A DNA stretch of 32,000 nucleotides from Rivularia sp. (in: cyanobacteria). GTDB lineage: Bacteria; Cyanobacteriota; Cyanobacteriia; Cyanobacteriales; Nostocaceae. The DNA lies in assembly GCA_965226665.1 (NCBI GenBank), contig OZ245371.1, forward strand, positions 1,694,991-1,726,990, written 5' to 3'. Shown here piece by piece: positions 1 through 10,871 of this stretch (within the stretch, counting starts at the first letter, position 1; every line of letters begins with the position of its first letter). The notes beneath the pieces were generated by a model. The model was given only the letters and a program-made list of their open reading frames with translations, was not told the origin of the DNA and searched no databases. Position numbers and translations under genes: made by a program.

Positions 1-670
1 TAAGCCTATACCTAAAAATAAAACGATCAGACCCTATTTTAAAATTTTTTATTTGTTTGCGATTTAACTGGGATTTGTCTATTCTATATATTCTAATCGT
101 ATCAATAATTAAAGTAGCGCTTGAACATAAACAAATTAGCAAACCGTAGACATTTGTATTTGCCAGAAGTGCTAAGCTTGAAAATAAAAGTATGTAGTTT
201 CTCTTTTTTTTAGTAAATAAATAGCAAAAAATAAAAACAAATAATAAAGCTAAGTTATAATTCCTACTAATAAGATTATATTCAAAGAAAGGAAAATAGC
301 TAAAAGTAAATAGGGTTTTTTGTAAAATATTAAAAGGTGATAATTTAACAAAAATCCATACAATAGCAGTTGCAATGAGTATATGAAAAAACTGCATTGC
401 AAAAGGATTGTGAGTAAATTTAGTAATTATAAATAAACATAAGTGCCACAGTGCTGGATGCCCCTCAAATTTCAAATTCTCATATAAGTCAGTTAATGTT
501 GAAGAATCTCTTGCAATCAACCATGCTTGAGTTTCATCGCGCCACATCTCATGATTGAGGATGCCGACAAAACTGAGAACGAAGAACACTAAAACAAGAC
601 AGTTAGAGTAAGTAATATATTTGGAAAAAAAGCCATTATCTTGGTTAAGCCGTTTTTTAGTAGTTATCAT
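1..670 (-). CDS. Polytopic membrane protein, N-terminal part only (ORF runs off the window start); possibly a GT-C (ArnT/PMT-like) glycosyltransferase
   Basis: Not in the supplied ORF track (edge-truncated). Hand translation of the minus strand from ATG at 668-670 gives MITTKKRLNQDNGFFSKYITYSNCLVLVFFVLSFVGILNHEMWRDETQAWLIARDSSTLTDLYENLKFEGHPALWHLCLFIITKF..., which stays open to nt 1. It has several hydrophobic helices and an acidic DE motif just after the first TM, as in GT-C enzymes. The family call is inference. Confidence 0.55.
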   Translation of the reverse strand, partial: MITTKKRLNQDNGFFSKYITYSNCLVLVFFVLSFVGILNHEMWRDETQAWLIARDSSTLTDLYENLKFEGHPALWHLCLFIITKFTHNPFAMQFFHILIATAIVWIFVKLSPFNILQKTLFTFSYFPFFEYNLISRNYNLALLFVFIFCYLFTKKKRNYILLFSSLALLANTNVYGLLICLCSSATLIIDTIRIYRIDKSQLNRKQIKNFKIGSDRFIFRYRL

Positions 671-693
671 CGCCTGTTTAAACCGATTTTAAA

Positions 694-1587
694 TTAATTG
701 TTTGTTTGATGAGTTCTTTCCCAGAAAAAGCCTGCGACACCGGCAACTTGCGAAACAAATAATAATCCAGATACTAATACCTTTGGCTGAACTGTTGGTT
801 GCGATAGAGGATATTTTAGTAAATTAAAATAAAATGACATTGGCTCGACTTTAATTTCTCGATGAGCGCGTTTAGCTCGGACTTGGTGAAAACAGAAAGC
901 ACCACGCCCGTAAAAAAAGTGCTGTCGCCAATAGCTTGATAATGTCAAGTTATGAGCATGATATACCTGAACTTCTGGCGCGTAAACCATTTTGTTTCCA
1001 TATTGCAGCCAGCGATCGCAAAATTCCCGATCTTCTGCTGCTGCCCGAGGATAAGTTGTATCAAAGCCTCCGATTTGATTAAAACGTTCTGTTGATATAG
1101 CAATATTATTGGAAGCAAAGAAGGTTGCTTTGTGGGGGTTAGCGTTGTAATAGCTGTAGAGATAGTTGATTAATTCTTGAGATGCAGTAGAAAAAGGATT
1201 ATCAGAAAGTATGTTGATTGTTTTTCCTCCAATCAAACAATCTGCTGATGCTTCAAAGCAAGCAGCTATTTTATTTAACCAGTCTGGTGCGGGTTTACAG
1301 TCATCGTCGGTAAAAGCTAAAAAATCCCCTTTTGCTTGTTTCGCACCAGTATTACGAGCAGTTGCTGGACCTTGATTTTCTTGTTTGAGCAGTGTAATTT
1401 CTAAATAATTATTAAAACTTTCCACTACTGGTTCAAGTGACATTTTACTACCATCATCAACTACTATCACTTCAAAGCGATCTGTAGGGTATTCTAATTG
1501 AGTCAAAGATTCAAGACAGTCTCTTAGTCTTTCGGGACGATTATAAGTTGGGATAACGATGGAAATAAAAGAATCTTGTTGTTCCAT
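694..1587 (-). CDS. Glycosyltransferase family 2 (GT-A fold)
   Basis: ORF 694-1602 starts at TTG. I prefer the ATG at 1585-1587 (MEQQDSFISIVIPTYNRPERL...). The IPTYNR, VVDDGS and TDDDC (DXD) motifs are typical of GT2. Confidence 0.85.
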   Translation of the reverse strand: MEQQDSFISIVIPTYNRPERLRDCLESLTQLEYPTDRFEVIVVDDGSKMSLEPVVESFNNYLEITLLKQENQGPATARNTGAKQAKGDFLAFTDDDCKPAPDWLNKIAACFEASADCLIGGKTINILSDNPFSTASQELINYLYSYYNANPHKATFFASNNIAISTERFNQIGGFDTTYPRAAAEDREFCDRWLQYGNKMVYAPEVQVYHAHNLTLSSYWRQHFFYGRGAFCFHQVRAKRAHREIKVEPMSFYFNLLKYPLSQPTVQPKVLVSGLLFVSQVAGVAGFFWERTHQTNN

Positions 1588-1730
1588 TGTCTTCAAAATC
1601 AAAATATAGAAGTATTTGGTAACGGAAATTTCAAAACTAAAATTATGAGCCAGTTTATAGAGTAGTTCTAATTTTAGTTGTGCTAATTGGTCAGCAATAA
1701 GTTGAATTACGAATCACTGATTAAATTAAT

Positions 1731-2594
1731 TTATGTCTCTTCAAAGGTATACCCTTCTAAAAAAGGAAATAGCTTGATTTTACTTTCAACTTTTTGGCGT
1801 AAAACCTTGTCCCATTCGACCTTATGTCTACTTTTACGCGGAGAATCGAAAACAATACCCGAACAAGCTTCTAGATATTCCTGTGAGGCTTCCAAACCCA
1901 GCCAAGTACATAAATATCGTAATTGTTCAACAGGTTTTTGCACAAATTCTTCGTGATACAAGTCAAAAACTTCAGTTTGATTTACTCGTGTTTTAACGTC
2001 TTTCACTGCTTCGCAGACTCGGAAATACCTTGCAATCGCTGCTTCTAGATCGGAAGCACTGAGATTAGTGTTACCTTCTGCCATCCGAATTGCCATTGTT
2101 GTAATGTTGTCAAAGGGGTTACGAATCACATGAACAAAGCGAATCGGGACTTGTACCGTATTCCGCATTCGCTCTAGCAACCAAGGATCGGCAGCAAGAC
2201 GGCAAACACTGTCTTCTCCATGCTTATCTCCAATCACACTGATATTTTGATAATTACCTTGCCACTGATTTGGAACATCGTATTTATAATCACCTCGACG
2301 TTGTTGAGAGTGTCCTTTTATTTGAGTGTTTTGCAGTAGTAGGTGGTAAAGCCTTAGTCGGTCATAACCTACATATATGTATTTCATAACTCCTTGCTCG
2401 TGTGCCATCACAACGTTAGGATGTGCATCCAGCAAAGCAGCAATGAGACTGTGACCGCTACGAGAATAACCAATAAAAGTACAAAAGGTTTCTATATCTT
2501 TAAATAAATTAGCTTGTTTGCGACTCTCTTGCGTAGTAGATAAGTAAGTCCATGCCAAATCCAAAGCCATCTGTAGTTTTTGCTGAGTTTTCAT
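1731..2594 (-). CDS. Sulfotransferase family protein
   Basis: ORF 1731-2597 has GTG at 2595-2597 and ATG at 2592-2594. GYSRSGHSL resembles the PAPS 5'-phosphosulfate-binding loop, and VHVIRNPFDNI resembles the 3'-phosphate-binding motif of sulfotransferases. Confidence 0.7.
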   Translation of the reverse strand: MKTQQKLQMALDLAWTYLSTTQESRKQANLFKDIETFCTFIGYSRSGHSLIAALLDAHPNVVMAHEQGVMKYIYVGYDRLRLYHLLLQNTQIKGHSQQRRGDYKYDVPNQWQGNYQNISVIGDKHGEDSVCRLAADPWLLERMRNTVQVPIRFVHVIRNPFDNITTMAIRMAEGNTNLSASDLEAAIARYFRVCEAVKDVKTRVNQTEVFDLYHEEFVQKPVEQLRYLCTWLGLEASQEYLEACSGIVFDSPRKSRHKVEWDKVLRQKVESKIKLFPFLEGYTFEET

Positions 2595-2640
2595 CACAAT
2601 AATTCGTTTATATTTATATTTTTATAGTTTTTCTTTTCTT

Positions 2641-4194
2641 TTAATCTTTGCGTCTCAAGCGCAGTACCTGTAAGTTTTTCAATGACTCGGTTAATGCTTG
2701 TTGACCGCCAGGAAGAACAATCCAAATTAGAATATAGGCAAGTGCAAAAATAGTTAATCCTCCGAATAACTCTAGGAAAACGTTCTCCCTACCGTGTAAA
2801 ATTGGACGGCTAGCGAACAAAATCGCGGCGGCTGCTAAAGAAGCAAATGCAGGTCGCCAGACAACTCCCCAGAAATCTTTTACAGATAGAGGTAGTGTTT
2901 TCAAACAAAAGGCAATCGAAGGATAAGTAATCAAACAAGTACCTAAAGTAAAGCCCATAGCTACACCGTAAGCTTTCCATTTAGCACCTATCGCAACAGC
3001 CAGTATCATAACCGGGGTAGAAATCAAACCCCAGCGGAATTGACGTTGAGTTTGACCTCCGGACAAATAAAGCCACTTTGTAACTCGGTTCATACTGCCT
3101 ACAAAAACAGCGATCGCTAATAGTTGGAACAGAGGTACTGCATCTAACCATTGATTTCCCAATAAAACTAAAATTACATTGCGGGCTTCGACAAAGGAAA
3201 ACGCAAGTGCTGGCATACACAAGGCAAACAGTGGCAACATTGCTTTTTTACAGTAAGCGCGGTACATATTTGGGTCTTTTTGGGCACGGCTCAAGCTAGA
3301 TACAGCTACATCAAAAAGAGGAATATAAACTTTATCAAAGGGGAAATAAGCCCAACGTTGAGCAACAGAATAAAGACCAAGGGATGCTGCACCGCTGAAG
3401 TAACCAATTAAAATTTGGTCAAGTTGCGTACCTATACGATTAATAAAACGAAATCCCGTCAAATGTACGCCGTAGGAAATCATTGTACGCAGGTTAGTAT
3501 CTAGATTAGAATTTATGACATATTTAGCAGGTCGCCAACCGCAAACTAACCAAAAAGATACACTTTGAGTAAGCTGCATTACAACTATCTGAAGTACTAA
3601 TGCCCAGTAACCTGCACCAAAAAAAGCTGCTGCAATTGCTACCGTTGCTCCTGCAAAAATTGCCCCCATCTCAATTAGAGTAAGTGCGCCAAAGCGCATC
3701 TGTCGCTTCAGCAAAGATTCATGCTGGACTGCTAAACATAAACCGAGAATTCCAACAGCCATAGCCACTGTAATTCCTATGACGCGCAATTCACTATAAA
3801 ACCAAGCTAAAACAGGAGCCATCAGCAGCATGAATGCTAGTACCACAGCGTTGATTTTTAGTGACAACCAAAAAAGAGCGCTGACTTGCTCATGCTCTAA
3901 ACCTTCTTGTTGAATTAGTGCTGTTTCCAATCCAAAGTTTCTTAAACTATTAATTAGCACAATCAACGGTGTTACCATCGCCACCAGACCAAAATCAGCA
4001 GGGTTAAGTAAGCGAGCTAACACAATGGTAGAGCCGATACCAATGGTAAGTTTGATGGGTTGGGCAGCAAACGTGATAAAACCAGACTGTAATGCTCGCT
4101 TTTTTAAATCGATACTAAGAGAATTAGTATCAATATACTTATTATTAGGATTAGAATTCACATTGTGATTATTTGAGGAAGGGTCGCGGCTCAT
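2641..4194 (-). CDS. Wzx-like polysaccharide flippase (MOP / polysaccharide biosynthesis protein family)
   Basis: 517 aa with ATG at 4192-4194. Hydrophobic helices run along the whole length. The N-terminal region (QSGFITFAAQPIKLTIGIGSTIVLARLLNPADFGLVAM) is typical of Wzx/PST-type exporters. Glycosyltransferase genes flank it. Confidence 0.75.
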   Translation of the reverse strand: MSRDPSSNNHNVNSNPNNKYIDTNSLSIDLKKRALQSGFITFAAQPIKLTIGIGSTIVLARLLNPADFGLVAMVTPLIVLINSLRNFGLETALIQQEGLEHEQVSALFWLSLKINAVVLAFMLLMAPVLAWFYSELRVIGITVAMAVGILGLCLAVQHESLLKRQMRFGALTLIEMGAIFAGATVAIAAAFFGAGYWALVLQIVVMQLTQSVSFWLVCGWRPAKYVINSNLDTNLRTMISYGVHLTGFRFINRIGTQLDQILIGYFSGAASLGLYSVAQRWAYFPFDKVYIPLFDVAVSSLSRAQKDPNMYRAYCKKAMLPLFALCMPALAFSFVEARNVILVLLGNQWLDAVPLFQLLAIAVFVGSMNRVTKWLYLSGGQTQRQFRWGLISTPVMILAVAIGAKWKAYGVAMGFTLGTCLITYPSIAFCLKTLPLSVKDFWGVVWRPAFASLAAAAILFASRPILHGRENVFLELFGGLTIFALAYILIWIVLPGGQQALTESLKNLQVLRLRRKD

Positions 4195-4539
4195 AGATAA
4201 TGGTTTATAGTTAATAAAAAGAGATAAAAATTATCATAGTTCGAGTTTGCTTATGTAGGAAAATTAATTTTGTTTCGACCCTCGATAATAGTTTAAACAG
4301 TCACTTGTAATCAAATGCAAATAAGCAGAGGTTTGCTACTAAATTCTTGAGTTTGATTTAATTTTGATATTTTCAACCAGCTTAATTTTTGATTTTTTGA
4401 TTTCGTTTAAATCTTAGAAAATATAGATTTTTACTCAAAATATCAAAATATGAATAAAATTTTTATATGATTTTTAAACTGGGAAAAGGTACAGAGTCAA
4501 CATCTTAATTTGCCACTGTATCTATAAAAAAATTGTGCT

Positions 4540-5409
4540 TTAAGAAAAAACTTTTTTCATCGGTGAAGCAATGCGAGCAAGAGTATGTAATGGATGGACT
4601 CGTAGTGCCCAAGCCACGCTTTTAAAAGCTGCCTGTTTTTGGCCTAGCTTATATGAGGTAAGAGCATGATTATAAATAAAATCAGAGAACATTTTCGGGT
4701 GAGCGAAGAAAAGAGTTTCATGCTTATGTATTAAACGGTAAAAGTCAGGTTGACGGAGAACGGGGTTTTGAGAAAGCCGCGCACCCAAGTGCTTAAGCTG
4801 GCGATAAGTGACGATTGGTAAACCAATAATTGAGCAGACTGCGTTTAGTCGGAAAAACATTTCTGTGTGTTCGCGGGAGCCAAACGACTCATCATATCCT
4901 CCAATATCTAAAAGTAGTTGACGCTCGATTACTAAAGTTTGTTTAGAAAAAAATGATTGTCCGGGTTCAATTTCTTCTAGGTGAAAGTGGCAGCCTCGCG
5001 GCAAAGTAGGCGGTAAATGGGTTGCAAGCTTTTTACCATCGCTACTGACCATTTCTAGCCCAGAAATTACTGCTACAGGTGGGGGTAGTTTTGTTTCTTT
5101 AAGTGCATTGAGTGATAATTTTGCCATATCGGGTAGCAAACAATCGTCATCATCAAGGAATGTAAGCCAGCGTCCTTTCGCTGCCTTAGCTCCAGCATTA
5201 CGAGTGGCAGAAATACCTTTATGTTCGGGCAACCTAACTATTCTAAGTTGAGGATGTTCTGGTAAATCTATTGTTTCTGTGGAAGCATCATCAATGACGA
5301 TTACCTCAAAATCACTTATTGTCTGAGCTAAAGCACTTTTTACCGCACCCTGTAAAAGTAGAGGACGATTATAAGTAGGAATAATAATACTTAGTAGTGG
5401 CTCGTTCAT
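4540..5409 (-). CDS. Glycosyltransferase family 2
   Basis: MNEPLLSIIIPTYNRP, VIDDAS and FLDDDD (DXD) motifs; ATG at 5407-5409. Confidence 0.85.
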   Translation of the reverse strand: MNEPLLSIIIPTYNRPLLLQGAVKSALAQTISDFEVIVIDDASTETIDLPEHPQLRIVRLPEHKGISATRNAGAKAAKGRWLTFLDDDDCLLPDMAKLSLNALKETKLPPPVAVISGLEMVSSDGKKLATHLPPTLPRGCHFHLEEIEPGQSFFSKQTLVIERQLLLDIGGYDESFGSREHTEMFFRLNAVCSIIGLPIVTYRQLKHLGARLSQNPVLRQPDFYRLIHKHETLFFAHPKMFSDFIYNHALTSYKLGQKQAAFKSVAWALRVHPLHTLARIASPMKKVFS

Positions 5410-5432
5410 ATTTGCTAATTGGCATTGATATT

Positions 5433-6653
5433 TTAATTATTAGCCTCAATTTTTCGAGCAATTTCTAAACCTTGTTTGCTTGGCTTCAGATTTTGATAAA
5501 TTTCCATAAACCTTTCTACAAAGGCAGTTTCACTGAAATGCATCTGGGCACGCAAACGACCTTCTTGACCCATTTTTTCTGCTAAATCGCGGTTGCTCAA
5601 AAGTTCCACTAATCTATTAGCTAAAGGCTCTACTTCCCCTGGTGGAACTGAAAATCCCGTTTTTCCATCTAAAACTATTTCCCCCAAACCACCAGAAGAA
5701 GAGGCTATTACCGCAGTACCGCGCATCATTGCTTCTGCGGCGACGATTCCAAAAGGTTCTGCCCACCGGGAAGGAACAACCTGTACCCATGCTGAAGAAA
5801 ATTGTTTTTCCATCTGATCCCGAGAAAGATGACCGAGGAATTTTACCCGTTCGTTTAGCCCTAATTTATCAGTTAACGAAAGCAAGTATTTATCTTCGTT
5901 ACCTTTACCTGCTATCAGTAGCTGCGCTTGCGGAATCTGCTTTTGCACTTCAGCAAATGCTTTTAATAGTATATCTACGCCTTTAAACCGAGCCAGTTGT
6001 CCTGCATAAGCTACTGTAGGTAAAGAAGTCAAAGGTGGACGCGAAGCACGTTGAGGAACTCCGTTCCATACCACGGTATCTGATTCAATACCTTCAGCTT
6101 TTAAGCGCTCCTGGACTGAAAAGCTGTTGGACACAACCACATCAAATACATCTCTCCATTTATCCCACAACTTCATTTGCAACATTAGCGGTAGCCAATC
6201 ATGAATTGGTAAACAACCTTGCTGCAAACAAGCTAAACCCGTTTGGTATTCGCAGCTTGTTTTATCTGGTAACATTTTTGTTCCAATGGGACAAATTGGA
6301 CGGTACCAAGCAACATGAAAAATGCTTGGTATATTCCGTAGTAGTGGCAATATTAAAGGAGATAGTTGTGTCAGACATACGCGAACGTGGACTATATCCG
6401 GTTGCCATTCTTGAATAACTTGATGCAACTTACGAGCGGCCCAAGGATTTGCAGATTGCAATAAAGTACGAAAACTAGAAGTAGTACCGAAGCATTCATA
6501 GTCAGCAATACTTTGGGTTTCTCCTTTACGAGCAGAAGTAGAAAATAGACGCGCATCATACCCGCTTGCGGTTAAACCTTTTTTCAAGGCCAGCATCATC
6601 ATCTCCGCTCCACCCGTTAAGGTCGCATAATCATTAACGAGCAAAATTTTCAT
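5433..6653 (-). CDS. Glycosyltransferase family 4 (GT-B fold)
   Basis: 406 aa with ATG at 6651-6653. The C-terminal PSRWAEPFGIVAAEAMMRGTAVIASSSGGLGEIV is the E-X7-E-type signature of GT4 enzymes. Confidence 0.85.
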   Translation of the reverse strand: MKILLVNDYATLTGGAEMMMLALKKGLTASGYDARLFSTSARKGETQSIADYECFGTTSSFRTLLQSANPWAARKLHQVIQEWQPDIVHVRVCLTQLSPLILPLLRNIPSIFHVAWYRPICPIGTKMLPDKTSCEYQTGLACLQQGCLPIHDWLPLMLQMKLWDKWRDVFDVVVSNSFSVQERLKAEGIESDTVVWNGVPQRASRPPLTSLPTVAYAGQLARFKGVDILLKAFAEVQKQIPQAQLLIAGKGNEDKYLLSLTDKLGLNERVKFLGHLSRDQMEKQFSSAWVQVVPSRWAEPFGIVAAEAMMRGTAVIASSSGGLGEIVLDGKTGFSVPPGEVEPLANRLVELLSNRDLAEKMGQEGRLRAQMHFSETAFVERFMEIYQNLKPSKQGLEIARKIEANN

Positions 6654-7716
6654 TTTTTATCTCTGTAGTAGCGCTTGCACCACGATTTTGCCATAGAGAT
6701 TCGGGGGAGGTCGAATCATTATTTAATCGAGTATCTTTCGCATAGCGAGCGGTAAGATAGCGATTTAATAATTTTTCTACTGGTGCAAAAAAGCCGTACA
6801 GCAGCACTTTCTGTATAAACTCGTTTTGAATCCCAAAAGTTAAAATATTAATAATAGGCATCAAGATTGTATTTCTACGTCTCCAACCCAAAGCTTTATA
6901 TTTATGCTGAAAATATCCATCTTCAGCTAGATTCCATTTCTCGCGCAGCTTTGCTAAACTCTTCAATTCCCAAGCATCGCTCCAGCGCAACATATAATAA
7001 TGTAGGTCGCTGAATCTCATGGGAGATGTGGGAACATATGTTACCACACTTGTAGGTTCAAAGTAGACAGTATATCCAGATTGGGCAACGTTCATACAAA
7101 AGTCCACATGTTCTTTTGTATTCAGCATTTGTTCGTCAAGCATTCCTAAGTGTTGGAACATTTCTGTCCGAACCAACATACAGTGAAACTCGCAAAGTTC
7201 AGTTGGTGTACGTTCTAATTTGACTCGCGGGTCTGTAACTTGTTTTCCTTGCTTATACATTTTCTCACGTAAGCGTCGCCGACCTTTAGCATCGACAACA
7301 ATATGTGACTCCCCACCAGCAAAGTGGATTTCTTCATGTATTGGCAAATATTGACACATTAAAGGGCCAACAACCGTAGCTTCGGTGTCTTCGGAACAAT
7401 CAATCAAAGCTTTTAACCATCCAGAAGCAGGAATAATATCGTTATCTACAAAAGCGACATATTTGGTATCTACTTCTGCTAAACCAATATTTCTAGCGTG
7501 GTTGGGAATTAAGTAATAGTCTGTACGAATCAGCTTAAAACCTTTTTCTTGCGCTTGATTTTGCAAATACTCGCTTATATCTTTCGGAGAATTCCCATCT
7601 ATATATATTAATTTGAATGGAACTTGAGTATTTTCATAAATACTTTCTAACGACTCGCGAGTATAGCTAAAACGTTCGCGAGGGGAAACAATAATTGTTA
7701 CTTGAGGTTCGCTCAT
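6634..7716 (-). CDS. GT-A fold glycosyltransferase (GT2-like)
   Basis: ORF 6634-7827 begins at a TTG inside a repeat. The ATG at 7714-7716 (MSEPQVTIIVSPRERFSYT...) is the more plausible start. It has an FVDNDI DXD-like motif. The 3' end overlaps the next gene by 20 nt (6634-6653). Confidence 0.7.
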   Translation of the reverse strand: MSEPQVTIIVSPRERFSYTRESLESIYENTQVPFKLIYIDGNSPKDISEYLQNQAQEKGFKLIRTDYYLIPNHARNIGLAEVDTKYVAFVDNDIIPASGWLKALIDCSEDTEATVVGPLMCQYLPIHEEIHFAGGESHIVVDAKGRRRLREKMYKQGKQVTDPRVKLERTPTELCEFHCMLVRTEMFQHLGMLDEQMLNTKEHVDFCMNVAQSGYTVYFEPTSVVTYVPTSPMRFSDLHYYMLRWSDAWELKSLAKLREKWNLAEDGYFQHKYKALGWRRRNTILMPIINILTFGIQNEFIQKVLLYGFFAPVEKLLNRYLTARYAKDTRLNNDSTSPESLWQNRGASATTEIKNENFAR

Positions 7717-7759
7717 AGCTGATGAGATTTCAAAAATAAAGGTTGAATAAATTGACTGA

Positions 7760-7918
7760 TAGGGAACAGGAAATAGGCAACAGGGAACAGGAAAAGAAGA
7801 CGCTACAAAGCTTATTGCTACGTTCAAATTCTTTCATAGCGTCACACACCTTACAAGAAAACTAACGTGTAGGTAAAACCAAAACTGTTCCCCGTTCCCC
7901 GTTCCCTGTTCCCTATTT
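7760..7918. repeat. Inverted heptamer (STRR-type) arrays bracketing a degenerate copy of the 13587-13710 element
   Basis: Positions 7760-7796 read tagggaacaggaaataggcaacagggaacaggaaaag. Positions 7885-7918 read ctgttccccgttccccgttccctgttccctattt and are roughly the reverse complement. Between them, 7797-7875 resembles the element core (cttattgctacgttcaaa ... agcgtcacacaccttacaagaaaa). Confidence 0.7.
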
Positions 7919-9388
7919 ACTATTTTTAGAAGCTACAGCAGTCAGATCGTTGTCGTCTTCTGATGAAGCAACTTCCTTCCATTCTTCTTTGGTAAAGTCT
8001 TCGTGATATGAACGTTCAACATTCACGTTCCACAAATCGTGTTTTTCTCCTAACAGATTTTTCGCTGCTAATAATGCTGTAAGCATCGAATGGTCTTGGT
8101 TATTATAACGATGCATTCCATTTCGACCGCTAGTTTGCAAATTTTCAAATCCTTGCAAATAATTTTGAATTACGTCCAAATGCTGGCGATAATCGCGGTC
8201 ATACACTGGATAGGCTTTTGGTTGACGAATTACAACTCCGTCTTCTACAACTGCGTCTCCAGCTAATCCTAAAGTTTTTAATTCTTTTGTTGCCAATTCG
8301 ATTAATTCTTCATCTGTCTTCGACCATAAAGAATCACCAACATTAGCAAAATATTCCATACCCAAACAAGTTTTACTCGAATCGGGAACCATTTCGGCGC
8401 TCCAATTCTTAAAGTTTTGAATCCGACCTACTTTAACTTTTGGAGAGTGAATATAAATCCAGTTATCTGGGAATAAATCAGGTGCATCTACAATCAACGA
8501 CACAATCAGAAAATCGCGATATTTCAGACCATTTGCAGCTTGTAATACCTTGCTCGGTACTGCTGGGTCCATTTTCTGAACCAGCTTATTTAAAGGCATA
8601 GTCGAAATAAAATTCTTAGCCTCAAACTGGATTAAATTATCATCGCGTTCGGCAAAAACTTTAGTAACGATCTCACCTTTACGCTCCATTCCTAATACTT
8701 TGGTATTCATATGCACTTCACCGCCAGCTTCTTCTATCTTTTCGGCGAAGCGTTCCCACATCATCCCTGGCCCTAACCTGGGATAATCAAATTCTTTAAT
8801 TAAAGTCTTAGTATCATTTTTGCCAAACAATGCATTTAATACTGCTGTTTTAACCGATAAACCTTTAATGCGCTGGGCTGCCCATTCAGCTTGAATCTGA
8901 TTGCAGGGAATACCCCAAACTTTTTCGGTATAGGTTTTGAAAAATGTTTTATAAAGGCGATCGCCAAAGCGATTTGTCACCCACTGCTCTAAATTCTCTT
9001 CGACGGGAAGCGGTTGACGCTTTGCTTGCAGGTAAGACCAGATAATCAGAAAACTTTCTGATATACCAAGCTTCTGAAGAGTGTCAAACGCACTCAAAGG
9101 ATATTGGAAAAACTTGCCTTGATAATAAATCCGCGACATACGCGGAGTCTTGATAAAATCGTTTTCGAGAACTTCATACCAAAGGTCTTGCACTTCTTGA
9201 ACTTTGGTAAAAAATCGATGTCCGCCAATATCAAAGTGATACCCTTTATACTTCTCAGTCCGAGATATACCACCTACTTTGTCTGATTGCTCTAAAACTA
9301 TAGGTTTAATGCCATGCTTGACCAAATGGTAAGCTGCGGTAAGCCCTGCTGGCCCTGCACCGATAACGATAACTCGATCATTTTTCAT
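7913..9388 (-). CDS. FAD/NAD(P)-dependent oxidoreductase (amine-oxidase / UDP-galactopyranose-mutase-like flavoenzyme)
   Basis: ORF 7913-9493. The ATG at 9386-9388 gives MKNDRVIVIGAGPAGLTAAYHL, a GxGxxG Rossmann dinucleotide-binding motif. FKTYTEKVWG resembles the YTxKxWG motif of Glf-type flavoenzymes. The exact activity is unknown. Confidence 0.7.
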   Translation of the reverse strand: MKNDRVIVIGAGPAGLTAAYHLVKHGIKPIVLEQSDKVGGISRTEKYKGYHFDIGGHRFFTKVQEVQDLWYEVLENDFIKTPRMSRIYYQGKFFQYPLSAFDTLQKLGISESFLIIWSYLQAKRQPLPVEENLEQWVTNRFGDRLYKTFFKTYTEKVWGIPCNQIQAEWAAQRIKGLSVKTAVLNALFGKNDTKTLIKEFDYPRLGPGMMWERFAEKIEEAGGEVHMNTKVLGMERKGEIVTKVFAERDDNLIQFEAKNFISTMPLNKLVQKMDPAVPSKVLQAANGLKYRDFLIVSLIVDAPDLFPDNWIYIHSPKVKVGRIQNFKNWSAEMVPDSSKTCLGMEYFANVGDSLWSKTDEELIELATKELKTLGLAGDAVVEDGVVIRQPKAYPVYDRDYRQHLDVIQNYLQGFENLQTSGRNGMHRYNNQDHSMLTALLAAKNLLGEKHDLWNVNVERSYHEDFTKEEWKEVASSEDDNDLTAVASKNSK

Positions 9389-9428
9389 AATTTGAAATAT
9401 TAATGTATAGTTCTCTATCCAATAAATG

Positions 9429-10452
9429 TCATGCAGCAGAAATATCTGGTTTTGATAAAAACCACTCATGCCATAGATAATTGCTCGTACCAACAGCGAA
9501 AGCTAAACCGCCGTAAAAGTAATAAAACCAATGCCAAGGAATGACACGCAACGCAAAACCTAAACCACGCTTGGCATAAAAGAAACGATAAACCGCAAAA
9601 TTAAGCCATAACATAATTAAACTCAGTAACGCAGCCACAGCAAAAAATCCAGACCACCAAAAACCTAAAATTAAAGATGTCAAGATTCCATAGACTAAAA
9701 TTACGCTTAAACGACTAGATACCCCTAAATTTAGGTCGTTATTTAACTGACGTTGACGCAAAATCAACTCAGTCCAAGGTAATGCGCGATAGAAAATTTC
9801 TGCTTTCAATAGAGAGACAAAACCCCAGTTTTTCAAATGCTTAACGTGCAAATCTTTGAAAAGCTTAATCTTGTAACCAGCACTCCTGATGCGATATCCC
9901 AGTTCGATATCTTCTATACTCGGTCTTCGATATGTCTCATCAAATCCCCCTAGAGAGAGAAATACTTCACGACGAATAGCTCCACAAGCACCCCAAAAAG
10001 TAAAAGCTTCTTCACTACCTATCTGATGAGTGTAATGATGAAACAAGTTTTTATATTGCGACAAAAAGTTTCTTGCTCCGGGTTCGTCATCATAGGAACC
10101 AATTAGAGCAGCTAATTCAAATTTATTCTCAAAAGCTTTCTTAACTTGACCAATCGCTGAAGGCGAAATAACTACATCAGCATCTATAAAATACAGAATA
10201 TCACTAGTAGCGACACTTGCACCTAAATTCCGTGCTTTTGCTGGGCCTCCATTCACAGGCATCCTAATTACTTTCGCACCAAATTCTTGCGCTACCAACC
10301 AAGAAACCATCAGTATCTGCATCCGAAACAACAATTATTTCATCTGGAGAAATTGCTGATTCTTCCAAACTAGATAAGCATCGACGAAAGCTTTCTCCTC
10401 CGTTGTGTACTGGGATTATTACTGAAATACTTAATTCAGTAGATATTACCAT
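9429..10452 (-). pseudogene. Membrane-anchored GT2 glycosyltransferase, interrupted by a +1-nt frameshift as sequenced
   Basis: ORF 10264-10452 (VIIPVHNGGESFRRCL...IIVVSDADTDG) continues in ORF 9429-10334 (SWLVAQEFGAKVIRMPVNGGPAKARNLGA...FIDADV...) in another frame. Removing one T from the minus-strand GGTTTCTTGG (plus-strand AAA at 10304-10306) gives a continuous ...DADTDGSWLVAQEFG.... The C-terminus carries hydrophobic helices. Confidence 0.75.
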
Positions 10453-10871
10453 TACTAGTTAATTCCTCACTACTCCAAAATTCAGTCATTATCTAATTCT
10501 ATTTAGATTTTTGTTAAATTAGCTGCATATCTGGATTATTAATCTAAACTTTGTTACAAAGTTGAATATTTACATAATTATTAGAGAACAATAATAAGCA
10601 CTTATAAAGACAATTAAACAAAATTCTTCTTAAATTTACGAATATAAAGTTTTGATGAAATTTACAAATATCTGATTCATAAAGTATAAATTGAACTTTC
10701 TTTACAATTTTTTTGTCTAATAGGCTACAAAATTAAGGCAAAAATTTAATTACATATCTGAAAAATTTTGGAAAAGGATCAAAAATCGAGGACAGTTGAT
10801 TTTATCCAAAAATCTACTAAATTGTTAATTAAATTGTTATTTAATAATTCTGAAATTAGCCAAAGCTATTA

